A stretch of 64,000 bases of DNA from Verrucomicrobiota bacterium (GTDB taxonomy: Bacteria > Verrucomicrobiota > Verrucomicrobiia > Opitutales > Opitutaceae): NCBI GenBank assembly GCA_030604905.1, contig JAUVVA010000002.1:8641-72640 (forward strand), given 5' to 3'. Shown here piece by piece: positions 37,129-45,258 of this stretch. Both the position numbers and the translations under genes were made by a program. The notes below the pieces were generated by a model. That model was not told where the DNA came from, did no database searches, and saw only the letters and a list, made by a program, of their open reading frames with translations. Numbering within the stretch: the stretch's first letter is position 1; each line of letters opens with the position of its first letter.

Positions 37129-37959
37129 TCAGCGCAGCGGCGCCTGGTAGGTGGCCGGCCGCACCATGGTGAGGCCGTGCGGGATGCCGGTGAGGCTTTC
37201 GGAGTGGCCGACCAGCAGATAGCCGCCGGGCACGAGGCGCGACTTGAGGCGCAGCACCAGCTCCTCCTGGGTCGCGCGGTCGAAGTAGATCATCACGTTT
37301 CGGCAAAAGATCACCTGAAAGGGCTCCGCGAAGGGCGGCGTGCCTTCCAGGAGGTTGAGCCGATGAAAGCGCACCCTCTCGCGGATCGCGGCGCGGACGC
37401 GGAAAAAGCCCTCCTGCGGGCCGTATCCGGTCTGAAAATACGCCTTGGCGCGGGCCGGCCCCAGCCGCGAAACGACCTCGGCGGGGTAAATGCCGGCCTG
37501 GGCCTTGGCGAGCACGCGGCTCGAGATGTCGGTCGCCTCGATCTGCGCGGTCCAGCCACCGGGCTTGGCGCCGAAGTATTCGTCGAGCGCCATCGCGATG
37601 GAGTAGGGCTCCTCGCCGCTCGAGCAGGCCGCGCTCCAGACACGCAGGGTAGGCCAGCGCTCCTTCGCCCGCCGCCGCTCGAGGTCGGGCAGGATGATGT
37701 CGCGCAGCGCCGCGAAGTGGCCCTCCTCGCGAAAGAAGTAGGTGTGGTTGGTCGAGATGACGTCGATCAGGTGCCCCAGCTCCTCCTCGCCTTCGGGGCC
37801 GCGCAGCAGCGCGCAGTAGTCCTCGACATTGGCTCGTCCCGTGGCGCGCAGACGCTTGCCCAGCCGGGCGCTGACCAACTCCTGTTTGTCCGGGCCGAGG
37901 TTGATGCGGCTGTGTTGATAGACGATGTCGCGGATGAACTGGTAGTCGGTCGAACGCAT
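37129..37959 (-). CDS. cheR: Chemotaxis methyltransferase CheR
   Basis: 'TNHTYFFRE', 'WSAACSSGEEPYS' and 'IFCRNVMIYF'. Confidence 0.96.
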   Translation of the reverse strand: MRSTDYQFIRDIVYQHSRINLGPDKQELVSARLGKRLRATGRANVEDYCALLRGPEGEEELGHLIDVISTNHTYFFREEGHFAALRDIILPDLERRRAKERWPTLRVWSAACSSGEEPYSIAMALDEYFGAKPGGWTAQIEATDISSRVLAKAQAGIYPAEVVSRLGPARAKAYFQTGYGPQEGFFRVRAAIRERVRFHRLNLLEGTPPFAEPFQVIFCRNVMIYFDRATQEELVLRLKSRLVPGGYLLVGHSESLTGIPHGLTMVRPATYQAPLR

Positions 37960-37974
37960 GGAGGTCCACCGTGG

Positions 37975-38001
37975 GTATCGGCGCGAAGCGCCGAAAATGA
38001 A
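37975..38001 (-). promoter_or_regulatory. sigma28-type promoter of cheR-cheB-RR-cheD
   Basis: TTCA-N15-GCCGATAC. Confidence 0.55.
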
Positions 38002-38039
38002 CCCGCCGAAAAGTGAAATCCGTCGTGAAAGAAGCGCCC

Positions 38040-38052
38040 GGCAAGTTTTGCC
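38040..38052. promoter_or_regulatory. Putative bEBP enhancer dyad GGCAAGTTTTGCC upstream of flgB
   Basis: 112 bp upstream of the -24 GG. Confidence 0.7.
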
Positions 38053-38150
38053 CCGTCTCAAGCTCGCTCAGAGGTTCGGTGGGGTGGCCCGCGGGAAATG
38101 TGGCTCTTAAGTAACCGATAACCAGTGGCCTGCGATTCCTGAAATATTCG

Positions 38151-38166
38151 TGGCACTGTCGGTGCA
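38151..38166 (+). promoter_or_regulatory. sigma54 promoter of the flgB operon
   Basis: TGGCACTGTCGGTGCA (GG-N10-GC). Confidence 0.8.
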
Positions 38167-38179
38167 TTAGGTGCGGCGC

Positions 38180-38575
38180 ATGATCGAGATCGTCGGCAAC
38201 AATCCCAACTACCAGTTGGCGCGAAAGCTCCTCGACGCCTCGGTGCTGCGCCACGAGGCGATCGCGAGCAACATCGCCAACGCCGAGACGCCCGGTTACC
38301 GCCGGGTGGACGTCTCGCCCGATTTTCACGCCACGCTGCGCGCCCAGTTCGCCGGCGGCACTCCGCCTTCTGCCGCCTCGATCGCCTCGCTTCGTCCCGC
38401 CCTCGCCGAGGATGCCTCGGTGCGCTCGGTCCGACCGGACGGCAACAGCGTCGAGCTGGAGAGCGAGCTCTTCGCGCTCGGCCGCAACCGCGTGGAGCAC
38501 GATTTCCTCACCGAGTTGGTGAGCAGCAACATCAAGCAGCTTCGCATGGCCATCAGCGGCCGTGTGTCGCCCTGA
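38180..38575 (+). CDS. flgB: Flagellar basal-body rod protein FlgB
   Basis: 'IASNIANAETPGY' and 'DGNSVELE'. Confidence 0.95.
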   Translation: MIEIVGNNPNYQLARKLLDASVLRHEAIASNIANAETPGYRRVDVSPDFHATLRAQFAGGTPPSAASIASLRPALAEDASVRSVRPDGNSVELESELFALGRNRVEHDFLTELVSSNIKQLRMAISGRVSP

Positions 38576-38595
38576 GCCCGACAGTCCCGCCCCCC

Positions 38596-39039
38596 ATGGA
38601 AATTCTCTCCGGCATCTCCGCCACCAGCGGCGCCCTCAACGCCCAGCGCACCCGGCTCGACTTCATCGCGCAAAACATCGCCAACGCCCACACCACGCGC
38701 GGTCCCGACGGCCGCCCCTTCCAGCGGCAGATCGTCACCTTCGAGAGCGAGCTGCTCCGCGCCCGCGGGGCCGGTGCCGCGGGCGCGGGTGGCGCGCCGG
38801 GGGCCGGACTCTCGACCGTGCGCGTGGCCGAGGTCTCGCCCGATCCCACCCCCGGCCAGCGGATCTACGATCCGGGCCATCCCGACGCCGACGAGCAGGG
38901 CATGGTCACGCTGCCCAACGTCAACATCGCCTACGAGATGGTGGACCTCATCACCGCGTCTCGCGCTTACGAGGCCAACCTCACCGTCGCGAAAAACTCC
39001 CGCCAGATGGCGCTCAAGACGCTCGAGATCGGCAAGTAG
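38596..39039 (+). CDS. flgC: Flagellar rod protein FlgC
   Basis: 'NIANA', 'YDPGHPDAD', 'PNVN' and 'RAYEAN'. Confidence 0.96.
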   Translation: MEILSGISATSGALNAQRTRLDFIAQNIANAHTTRGPDGRPFQRQIVTFESELLRARGAGAAGAGGAPGAGLSTVRVAEVSPDPTPGQRIYDPGHPDADEQGMVTLPNVNIAYEMVDLITASRAYEANLTVAKNSRQMALKTLEIGK

Positions 39040-39072
39040 TCGCCCCTCACGCCACTCCCTCCTTCGCCGCCC

Positions 39073-39432
39073 ATGTCTCCCCTCGGTTCCCCCTCCGCCA
39101 TTGCGCCGATCGGCCTCCGTTCGCCTTGGGAAAGCGCGCCGCTTCGCGACAGCGCCGCGGCCCGCGCCCCGTTGGCGGTCCCCGGGACCACGCCCGCCGC
39201 CGCGCCCTCCGGGGCCGGTTTTGGCGATGTGCTCGAGAGCATGGTCTCGGGTGTCGAGAATCGCCAGGCCGAGGCCCGCGCGGTGACGCGCTCCGTGCTT
39301 CTCGGTGAGAACCCGCAACTGCACCAGAGCGTGATCGCGATGCAGGAGGCCTCCGTCGCTTTCAGCCTGATGGTCGAGGTGCGCAACAAGGTCGTGGAGT
39401 CCTACCAGGAACTCATGCGCATGCCGGTCTGA
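39073..39432 (+). CDS. fliE: Hook-basal body protein FliE
   Basis: 'EVRNKVVESYQELMRMPV'. Confidence 0.95.
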   Translation: MSPLGSPSAIAPIGLRSPWESAPLRDSAAARAPLAVPGTTPAAAPSGAGFGDVLESMVSGVENRQAEARAVTRSVLLGENPQLHQSVIAMQEASVAFSLMVEVRNKVVESYQELMRMPV

Positions 39433-39506
39433 GTGCTCCCTAAACCCGTCGCCACCCTCCGCGCTACGCCCCCGCTTCCTCGCTCGCCACTCCTGTCCGC
39501 CCCCTC

Positions 39507-41081
39507 ATGAAACCTTTCGCGCAGTCGCTCCTTTCGCTCTGGCGCCAGCTTGGCCTCAACCAACGCGTCTCGCTCATCGCGTCCGTGCTCGCCGTGGCCG
39601 TCGTGGTGATCGGCCTCGTTGTCTGGTCGCGCCAGCCCGATTTTCAACTGCTCTACGGGCGCCTCTCGGAAAAGGACGCCGCCGCGATCATCTCCTCGCT
39701 CCAGGCCCAAGGCATCCGCCACCGGGTGGGGCAGGGGGGCGGCTCGGTTTACGTGCCGGCCGACAAGGTCCACCGCCTTCGCATGGATCTCGCCGCGAAG
39801 GGGCTCCCCGGAGGTGAGGGCGTGGGCTTCGAGATTTTCGACAAGGGCCAGTTCGGCCTGAGCGACTTCGTGCAGCGCACCAATTACAACCGCGCCATCC
39901 AGGGCGAGCTCGCCCGGACCATCGCTCAACTCGACGGCGTGGCCGGCGCGCGCGTGATGATCGTGCAGCCCGAGAACCGTCTCCTCATCACCGACCAGGG
40001 CGTGAAGCCCACCGCCTCCGTTTTCGTCGAGGTGCGCGGCCGCCTCGAGGTGGAGGCGGTCAACTCCATCCGCCATCTCGTGGCCAATTCCGTGCAGGGG
40101 CTCGTCCCCGACGCCGTGGCGGTCATCGACCAGCGCGGCCGCGTGCTCTCCGCCGACTTGAAGGAGGACCCCTTGCTCGGCTCCGCCTCCAGCCTCATCC
40201 GCTACCGTCAGCAGGTGGAGGACTACTTCGCGCGCAAGGTCGAGACGATGCTCGCTCCCGTGCTGGGGCCGGGGCAGGCCATCGTCCGCGTCTCGGCCGA
40301 GATCGACAACGAGGCCGCCGTCATCACCGAGGAGCGCTTCGATCCCGACAGCGCCGTCATCCGCACCCAATCCAACACCGAGGACAGCAACAGCAGCACC
40401 GAGCAGCGGCGCGGCGGACTCACCGGCGTGGCCGCCAACACCCCCGGCGCCCCGGCCGACGGCGCCGCGCGCGAGACCGAGCGCCCGAGCGTGACCAACG
40501 CCCAGAGCCGGAAAAACCAGAGCGTCAGCTACGAGATCAACCGCAGCACGGCCAACATCCGCCGCAATCCCGGCGGCATCCGCTCGCTCAGCGCCGCGGT
40601 CTTCGTCGCCGCCCGTCCCGCCGGACCCGAGGGCGCCGCCCCCGCGCCGCGCAGCCCCGCCGAGCTGGAGGCCCTGCGACGCATCGTGATCAACGCCCTC
40701 GGCCTCCGCCTCGCGCCCGGCCAGTCCCTCGACGACATCGTGAGCGTGCAGGAGATCGCGTTCCAGCCGCCGCCCGTGGACGAGCGGATCGAGTCCCTCG
40801 TCACCGACACCCGGGTGCAGGGCTGGATCGAGACCGCCTCCCGCTACGTCGCCGTCCTGGTCGCGCTCGCGGCCTTCGCGATCTTCTACCGCACGCTTCG
40901 CCGCCAGCGGCCCGAGCCCGTGCCGGTCGAGCTGCTCTCCGCCGCAGCCCCCGGCCGCAACGGCGCCCGCAACGGCAACGCCCACGCGCCCACGCCCGAG
41001 ATGCTCAACGAGCTCATTCGCCAAAAACCCGCCAACGTCGGCACCGCCCTCCGCGACTGGGTCTCGGCCAAGGGCAACTAG
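39507..41081 (+). CDS. fliF: MS-ring protein FliF
   Basis: 'VGFEIFD', 'GELARTI' and 'PTASV'; two TM segments. Confidence 0.96.
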   Translation: MKPFAQSLLSLWRQLGLNQRVSLIASVLAVAVVVIGLVVWSRQPDFQLLYGRLSEKDAAAIISSLQAQGIRHRVGQGGGSVYVPADKVHRLRMDLAAKGLPGGEGVGFEIFDKGQFGLSDFVQRTNYNRAIQGELARTIAQLDGVAGARVMIVQPENRLLITDQGVKPTASVFVEVRGRLEVEAVNSIRHLVANSVQGLVPDAVAVIDQRGRVLSADLKEDPLLGSASSLIRYRQQVEDYFARKVETMLAPVLGPGQAIVRVSAEIDNEAAVITEERFDPDSAVIRTQSNTEDSNSSTEQRRGGLTGVAANTPGAPADGAARETERPSVTNAQSRKNQSVSYEINRSTANIRRNPGGIRSLSAAVFVAARPAGPEGAAPAPRSPAELEALRRIVINALGLRLAPGQSLDDIVSVQEIAFQPPPVDERIESLVTDTRVQGWIETASRYVAVLVALAAFAIFYRTLRRQRPEPVPVELLSAAAPGRNGARNGNAHAPTPEMLNELIRQKPANVGTALRDWVSAKGN

Positions 41082-41133
41082 CCACCGTCTCCAGCCACCA
41101 GCTCCTAGCCTCTGGCTCCCAGCCTTCTAGTCA
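41079..41133. repeat. Degenerate heptamer tandem (TAGCCAC/CAGCTCC/TAGCCTC…)
   Basis: Fills the fliF-fliG gap. Confidence 0.55.
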
Positions 41134-41135
41134 CC

Positions 41136-42161
41136 ATGGCCGATCTCGACTACTCTAAGCTCACCCGTCTGCAGAAGCTCGCCGTGTTTCTGATCGTCGT
41201 CGGTCCCGAGGCCGCCGCCGAGGTGATGCGCCATTTCAACGATTCCGAGATCGAGTCCATCTGCCGCGAGATGGGGCAGGTGAGCGTCGTGCCCGAGGCC
41301 CTGCGCCTCGCGGTGATCGAGGAGTTTACGCCCATCGTCGGCGAGAGCCTCGGCTGCACGCTGGGCGGGCTCGACTACGCTCGCCGCACGCTCGAGCTCG
41401 TGCGCGGCGAATACAAGGCCGGCCTGCTCCTCAGCCGCGTCGGCGCCGAGCCCGCCGCCGCCAGTTCCTCCGAGCTGATGTCCGACATCGCCGAGATGGA
41501 GGGCCGCCAAATCTACAACCTGCTCAAGGACGAGCAGCCGCAGACCATCGCCTTTCTTCTCTCCCACCTTGCCTCGGCCAAGGGCGCTGAGGTCTTCATG
41601 TTGCTCCCCGCCGAGCTGCGCGAGGATGTCGCCGAGCGCCTCGGCACGATCGAGAGCACGCCGCGCGACCTCATCGCCCGCATCGTGCGCAACCTCTCCC
41701 GCCACGTCTCGGGCAAGCCCGCGCAGGCCTTCCAGGCGAGCGGCGGCGTGCGGGCCGTCGCCGACCTGCTCAACGCGCTCGACAAGGAGAGCTCCAAAAA
41801 CCTGCTCGCGCGCATCGAGGAGCGAAACGCCGTGCTCGGCTCCGCCGTGCGCCGGAAGATGTTCAGCTTTGACGACGTGCGCCGCCTGGCCCCGGCGGAT
41901 TTGCAGCGCGTGTTGCGCGAGGTCGATTCGTCGCATCTCGCCGTGGCGATGAAGTCCGCGACCGAGACCCTGCGCGAGAGCATCTACGCCGCGCTCTCGA
42001 AACGCGCCGCCGAATCCCTGCGCGACGAGATCGCGATGCTCGGCCCCGTGCGCCTCAAGGACGTCGAGGTCGCGCAGGATGCCATCATCCAGGTCGTCCG
42101 CCGCCTCGAGGACGAAGGTGCCATCACCGTCGGCGACGGCGAAAGCACGATGGTCGCCTGA
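41136..42161 (+). CDS. fliG: Motor switch protein FliG
   Basis: 'EQPQTIA', 'MFSFDD' and 'LGPVRLKDVE'. Confidence 0.96.
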   Translation: MADLDYSKLTRLQKLAVFLIVVGPEAAAEVMRHFNDSEIESICREMGQVSVVPEALRLAVIEEFTPIVGESLGCTLGGLDYARRTLELVRGEYKAGLLLSRVGAEPAAASSSELMSDIAEMEGRQIYNLLKDEQPQTIAFLLSHLASAKGAEVFMLLPAELREDVAERLGTIESTPRDLIARIVRNLSRHVSGKPAQAFQASGGVRAVADLLNALDKESSKNLLARIEERNAVLGSAVRRKMFSFDDVRRLAPADLQRVLREVDSSHLAVAMKSATETLRESIYAALSKRAAESLRDEIAMLGPVRLKDVEVAQDAIIQVVRRLEDEGAITVGDGESTMVA

Positions 42162-42183
42162 GCCCCGACGATCCGCCCGGTCC

Positions 42184-42215
42184 ATTCGTCATTCGTCATT
42201 AGGCATTCGTCATTC
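42184..42215. repeat. Heptamer tandem (ATTCGTC)n
   Basis: ATTCGTC ATTCGTC ATTAGGC ATTCGTC ATT in the fliG-fliH gap. Confidence 0.75.
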
Positions 42216-42219
42216 CTCC

Positions 42220-42801
42220 ATGCCCGTCCACCACCAGCTCGTCGCCTTCGACCGTCCGCTCCTCGCGGTGCGCACGGCCGGCGCGCCGCGCGTGCACACC
42301 GAGGCGGACCTCATCGCCGCCCGCGCCGCCGGGTATCAGGAGGGCGGCGACGCCGCGCGCGCCTTCACCAACCAGCAGATCGTGGAGCTTCGCGCCGAGA
42401 TGCAGGAGCTGCAACACGGCGTGCTTCAGCGCCTCGCCTCCGTCCATGAGGACCTCACCGCGCAGGTGCGCGCCGCCTTGCCCGCGCTCGCAGTCGAGCT
42501 TGGCCAGCGCCTGCTCGCGGGCTTCGTGCCGCCGCCGGAGATGGTCGAGCGCCTCTGCCGCGAGGCCTTGGACCAACTCTATCCCGAGCGCGACGGCCTG
42601 GAACTCGTGGTCGGCCCGCGCGACGCCGCCGCGCTCGAGCGCCTCGTGCCCTCCTGGCGCGGACACTTCACCGACCTTAAGGTCACGGTGGACGACACCC
42701 TCAATCCCGGCGACTGCCTCGTGCGTTCGCGCTTCGGCGTCACCGACGCGCGCGCCTCCTCCAAACTCGCCGCCCTGCGGCACGAAATCCTCGGCGAATG
42801 A
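42220..42801 (+). CDS. fliH: Flagellar assembly protein FliH
   Basis: Position between fliG and fliI; 'AGYQEG'; C-terminal 'DDTLNPGDCLV…G.TDA'. Confidence 0.85.
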   Translation: MPVHHQLVAFDRPLLAVRTAGAPRVHTEADLIAARAAGYQEGGDAARAFTNQQIVELRAEMQELQHGVLQRLASVHEDLTAQVRAALPALAVELGQRLLAGFVPPPEMVERLCREALDQLYPERDGLELVVGPRDAAALERLVPSWRGHFTDLKVTVDDTLNPGDCLVRSRFGVTDARASSKLAALRHEILGE

Positions 42802-44126
42802 GCCCCGATCTTGGCGATCTCGTCACCACGCTGCGCAGCCAGGTGCGCCACACCCCGGCCCTGCGCCGCCTCGGACGCGTTACCGCCGTCACCGGTCTCG
42901 TCATCGAGTCCGAGGGCCCCAATGTCGGCCTCGGCGAGCTCTGCCTGCTGCGCTCCGAGCGCGACGCCTTCGAGGTGATGGCCGAGGTGGTCGGTTTTCG
43001 CGGGGAGCGTGTGCTGCTCATGCCCCTGGGCGAGACGGGAGGCCTGCATGCCGGTTGTCCCGTCACCGCCTGCGACCGGCCGCCGCTGCCGCAGCCCGGC
43101 CCCGCCTTGCTCGGGCGCGTGCTCGACGCCCTCGGGCGGCCCTTCGACGAGCACGGGCCGGTGCCCCTGCATCGTGCCGCCGCCGGCGCCGCCCGCCCTC
43201 CGCATCCGCTGCGTCGCCAGCGTATCAAGGACCAGTTTCCCACCGGCGTCCGCGCGCTCGACGTGTTCACCCCCTTCGGTCGCGGCCAGCGTCTCGGCCT
43301 CTTCGCCGGCTCCGGCGTCGGCAAGTCCACCCTGCTCGGCATGATCGCGCGCGGAGCCGCGGCCGACGTGGTCGTCATCGCCCTCGTCGGCGAGCGCGGC
43401 CGTGAGGTGCGCGAGTTTTTGGAGAAGGATCTCGGGCCCGAGGGCCTCGCGCGCGCCGTAGTCGTGGTCGCCACCTCCGACAGTCCCGCGCCGCTCCGTC
43501 TGCGCGCCGCCACCACCGCGACCGCCATCGCCGAGGGCTATCGCGACGCCGGCAAAAACGTCCTGCTCCTCATGGATTCGGTCACCCGTTTCGCCATGGC
43601 GCAGCGCGAGATCGGCCTCGCCATCGGCGAGCCTCCCGCCACTCGCGGCTACACGCCCTCCGTCTTCGCCCTTTTGCCCCGTCTGCTCGAGCGCGCCGGC
43701 GCGGGCGAGACCGGCGCCATCACCGCGCTCTACACCGTGCTTGTCGAAGGCGACGACATGAACGAGCCCGTCGCCGACACCGTGCGCGGCATCCTCGACG
43801 GGCACCTCGTGCTCTCCCGCGCGCTCGCCCACGCCAACCACTACCCGGCGATCGACGTGTTGGAGAGCGTGTCTCGCCTCACGCGCGACATCTGCCCGCC
43901 GGCCGAGGTCGCGCTCGCCGCGCGCGCCCGCGAGCAGCTCGCGCTCTACAAGCGCAACGAGGATCTCATCACCGTCGGCGCCTACCAATCCGGGGCCAAC
44001 ACCGAGCTCGACCGCGCCGTCGCCCTTCAACCCGCGCTCAAGGCCTTCCTTCGCCAGGCGGTGGAGGAGACCACGCCCCGCGCCCAGGCCTACGCCCGCC
44101 TCGCCGAGATCCTCGGCAAGCCATGA
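42798..44126 (+). CDS. fliI: Flagellar export ATPase FliI
   Basis: 'FAGSGVGKST', 'GERGREV', 'MDSVTRFA' and 'GILDGH'. Confidence 0.97.
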   Translation: MSPDLGDLVTTLRSQVRHTPALRRLGRVTAVTGLVIESEGPNVGLGELCLLRSERDAFEVMAEVVGFRGERVLLMPLGETGGLHAGCPVTACDRPPLPQPGPALLGRVLDALGRPFDEHGPVPLHRAAAGAARPPHPLRRQRIKDQFPTGVRALDVFTPFGRGQRLGLFAGSGVGKSTLLGMIARGAAADVVVIALVGERGREVREFLEKDLGPEGLARAVVVVATSDSPAPLRLRAATTATAIAEGYRDAGKNVLLLMDSVTRFAMAQREIGLAIGEPPATRGYTPSVFALLPRLLERAGAGETGAITALYTVLVEGDDMNEPVADTVRGILDGHLVLSRALAHANHYPAIDVLESVSRLTRDICPPAEVALAARAREQLALYKRNEDLITVGAYQSGANTELDRAVALQPALKAFLRQAVEETTPRAQAYARLAEILGKP

Positions 44127-44578
44127 AACGCTTTCGCTTTCGCCTCGAATCCGTTCTCGCCCTGCGCGCGCTCGCCGAACGCGCGGCGCGGGAGCGCTTC
44201 GCCGCCGCCCAGCGCCAGGCCCTCGCCGCGCTTCAGGCCCTGCATGGGGCCACGCAAGGACGCATCGCGCTCGCCGAGGCGCTGGCCGCCGCGCGCGGCG
44301 CCTGTTTCCGGCCGGCGGAGCAGGCCGGCGGTCTGCTCGCCCTCCGCGCCGCCGAGCGCATGGAGCAGGAGGCGGCCACCCGCCACGCCGAGGCCGCGAG
44401 CGCGGCGGATCGCGCCCGCGAGGAATGGCTCGTCGCTCGGCGGGCGCTGCAGGTGGTGGAGCGCCTCCAGGAGCGTGCTCGCCGCGTGCACCGCGAGGCC
44501 GTGGAAAAAGCCGAGCAATCTCTCCTCGACGAGCTCGCCTCGCTCGCCGCCGCCCGAAGCTCTCCCCGCCACTCATGA
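44123..44578 (+). CDS. fliJ: Flagellar export chaperone FliJ
   Basis: 'MKRFRFRLESVL', 'EQSLLDE'; coiled coil. Confidence 0.9.
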   Translation: MKRFRFRLESVLALRALAERAARERFAAAQRQALAALQALHGATQGRIALAEALAAARGACFRPAEQAGGLLALRAAERMEQEAATRHAEAASAADRAREEWLVARRALQVVERLQERARRVHREAVEKAEQSLLDELASLAAARSSPRHS

Positions 44579-45189
44579 AAGCGCTGCTCTCGCCTCTTCC
44601 CGCCCTTGTCCTGGCTCTCTCGCTTTCCGTGGGCGCGGCCTGGTTCTGGTTTCAAGCCCATGCAGCGCGCCTGATCGAGATCGCCGTGGCCCACCAGGCC
44701 GAGCGGGTCGAGGCCTCGCGCCCCGAGAAACCTTGGGACTTCTGGACCTCCGAGATGGAGCAGGTGGCCAAGGAACTCGCCGAGCAGCGCGCGCTCTTCG
44801 CCCGCCGCGAGGCCGAACTCTCCGCCCGCGAGACGCGCCTCGCCGAGGAACGACGCGAACTCGAGGGCGTGCGTCGCCAGATCGAGTCGCTGCGCGTCGA
44901 GATCGATTCACGGCTCGTGCAGGTGGCCGCCCAGGAACAGCGCAACCTGAAGACCCTCGCCGCCACCTACAGCCGCCTCAGCCCGCCCGCCGCCGTCGCC
45001 ATCTTCAACCAGATGGACGACCTTCTCGTGTCGAAGCTTCTCTCGCTGATGAAGCCCGAGGTCACCTCCGCCATCCTCGAGGAGCTGAGCCGCGATCCCG
45101 GCCCCGACGGCGCCAACGTGAAACGCGCCGCCGAGCTCACCCAGCGCCTCCGCCTGCTCGTCGCCACGCCGGCTCCGGCCACGCGCTGA
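44575..45189 (+). CDS. MotE/FlbB/YlxF-like membrane-anchored coiled-coil protein
   Basis: N-terminal TM; coiled coil; MgtE_N-like 'LAATYSRLSPPAAVAIF…LMKPE'; located after fliJ. Confidence 0.75.
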   Translation: MKALLSPLPALVLALSLSVGAAWFWFQAHAARLIEIAVAHQAERVEASRPEKPWDFWTSEMEQVAKELAEQRALFARREAELSARETRLAEERRELEGVRRQIESLRVEIDSRLVQVAAQEQRNLKTLAATYSRLSPPAAVAIFNQMDDLLVSKLLSLMKPEVTSAILEELSRDPGPDGANVKRAAELTQRLRLLVATPAPATR

Positions 45190-45258
45190 TCCCGTTTTTC
45201 CCACTTCATCCCCGTGCCAAGGACGGCGCGGGTTCTCCGCCACGACGGCCATGAATCC

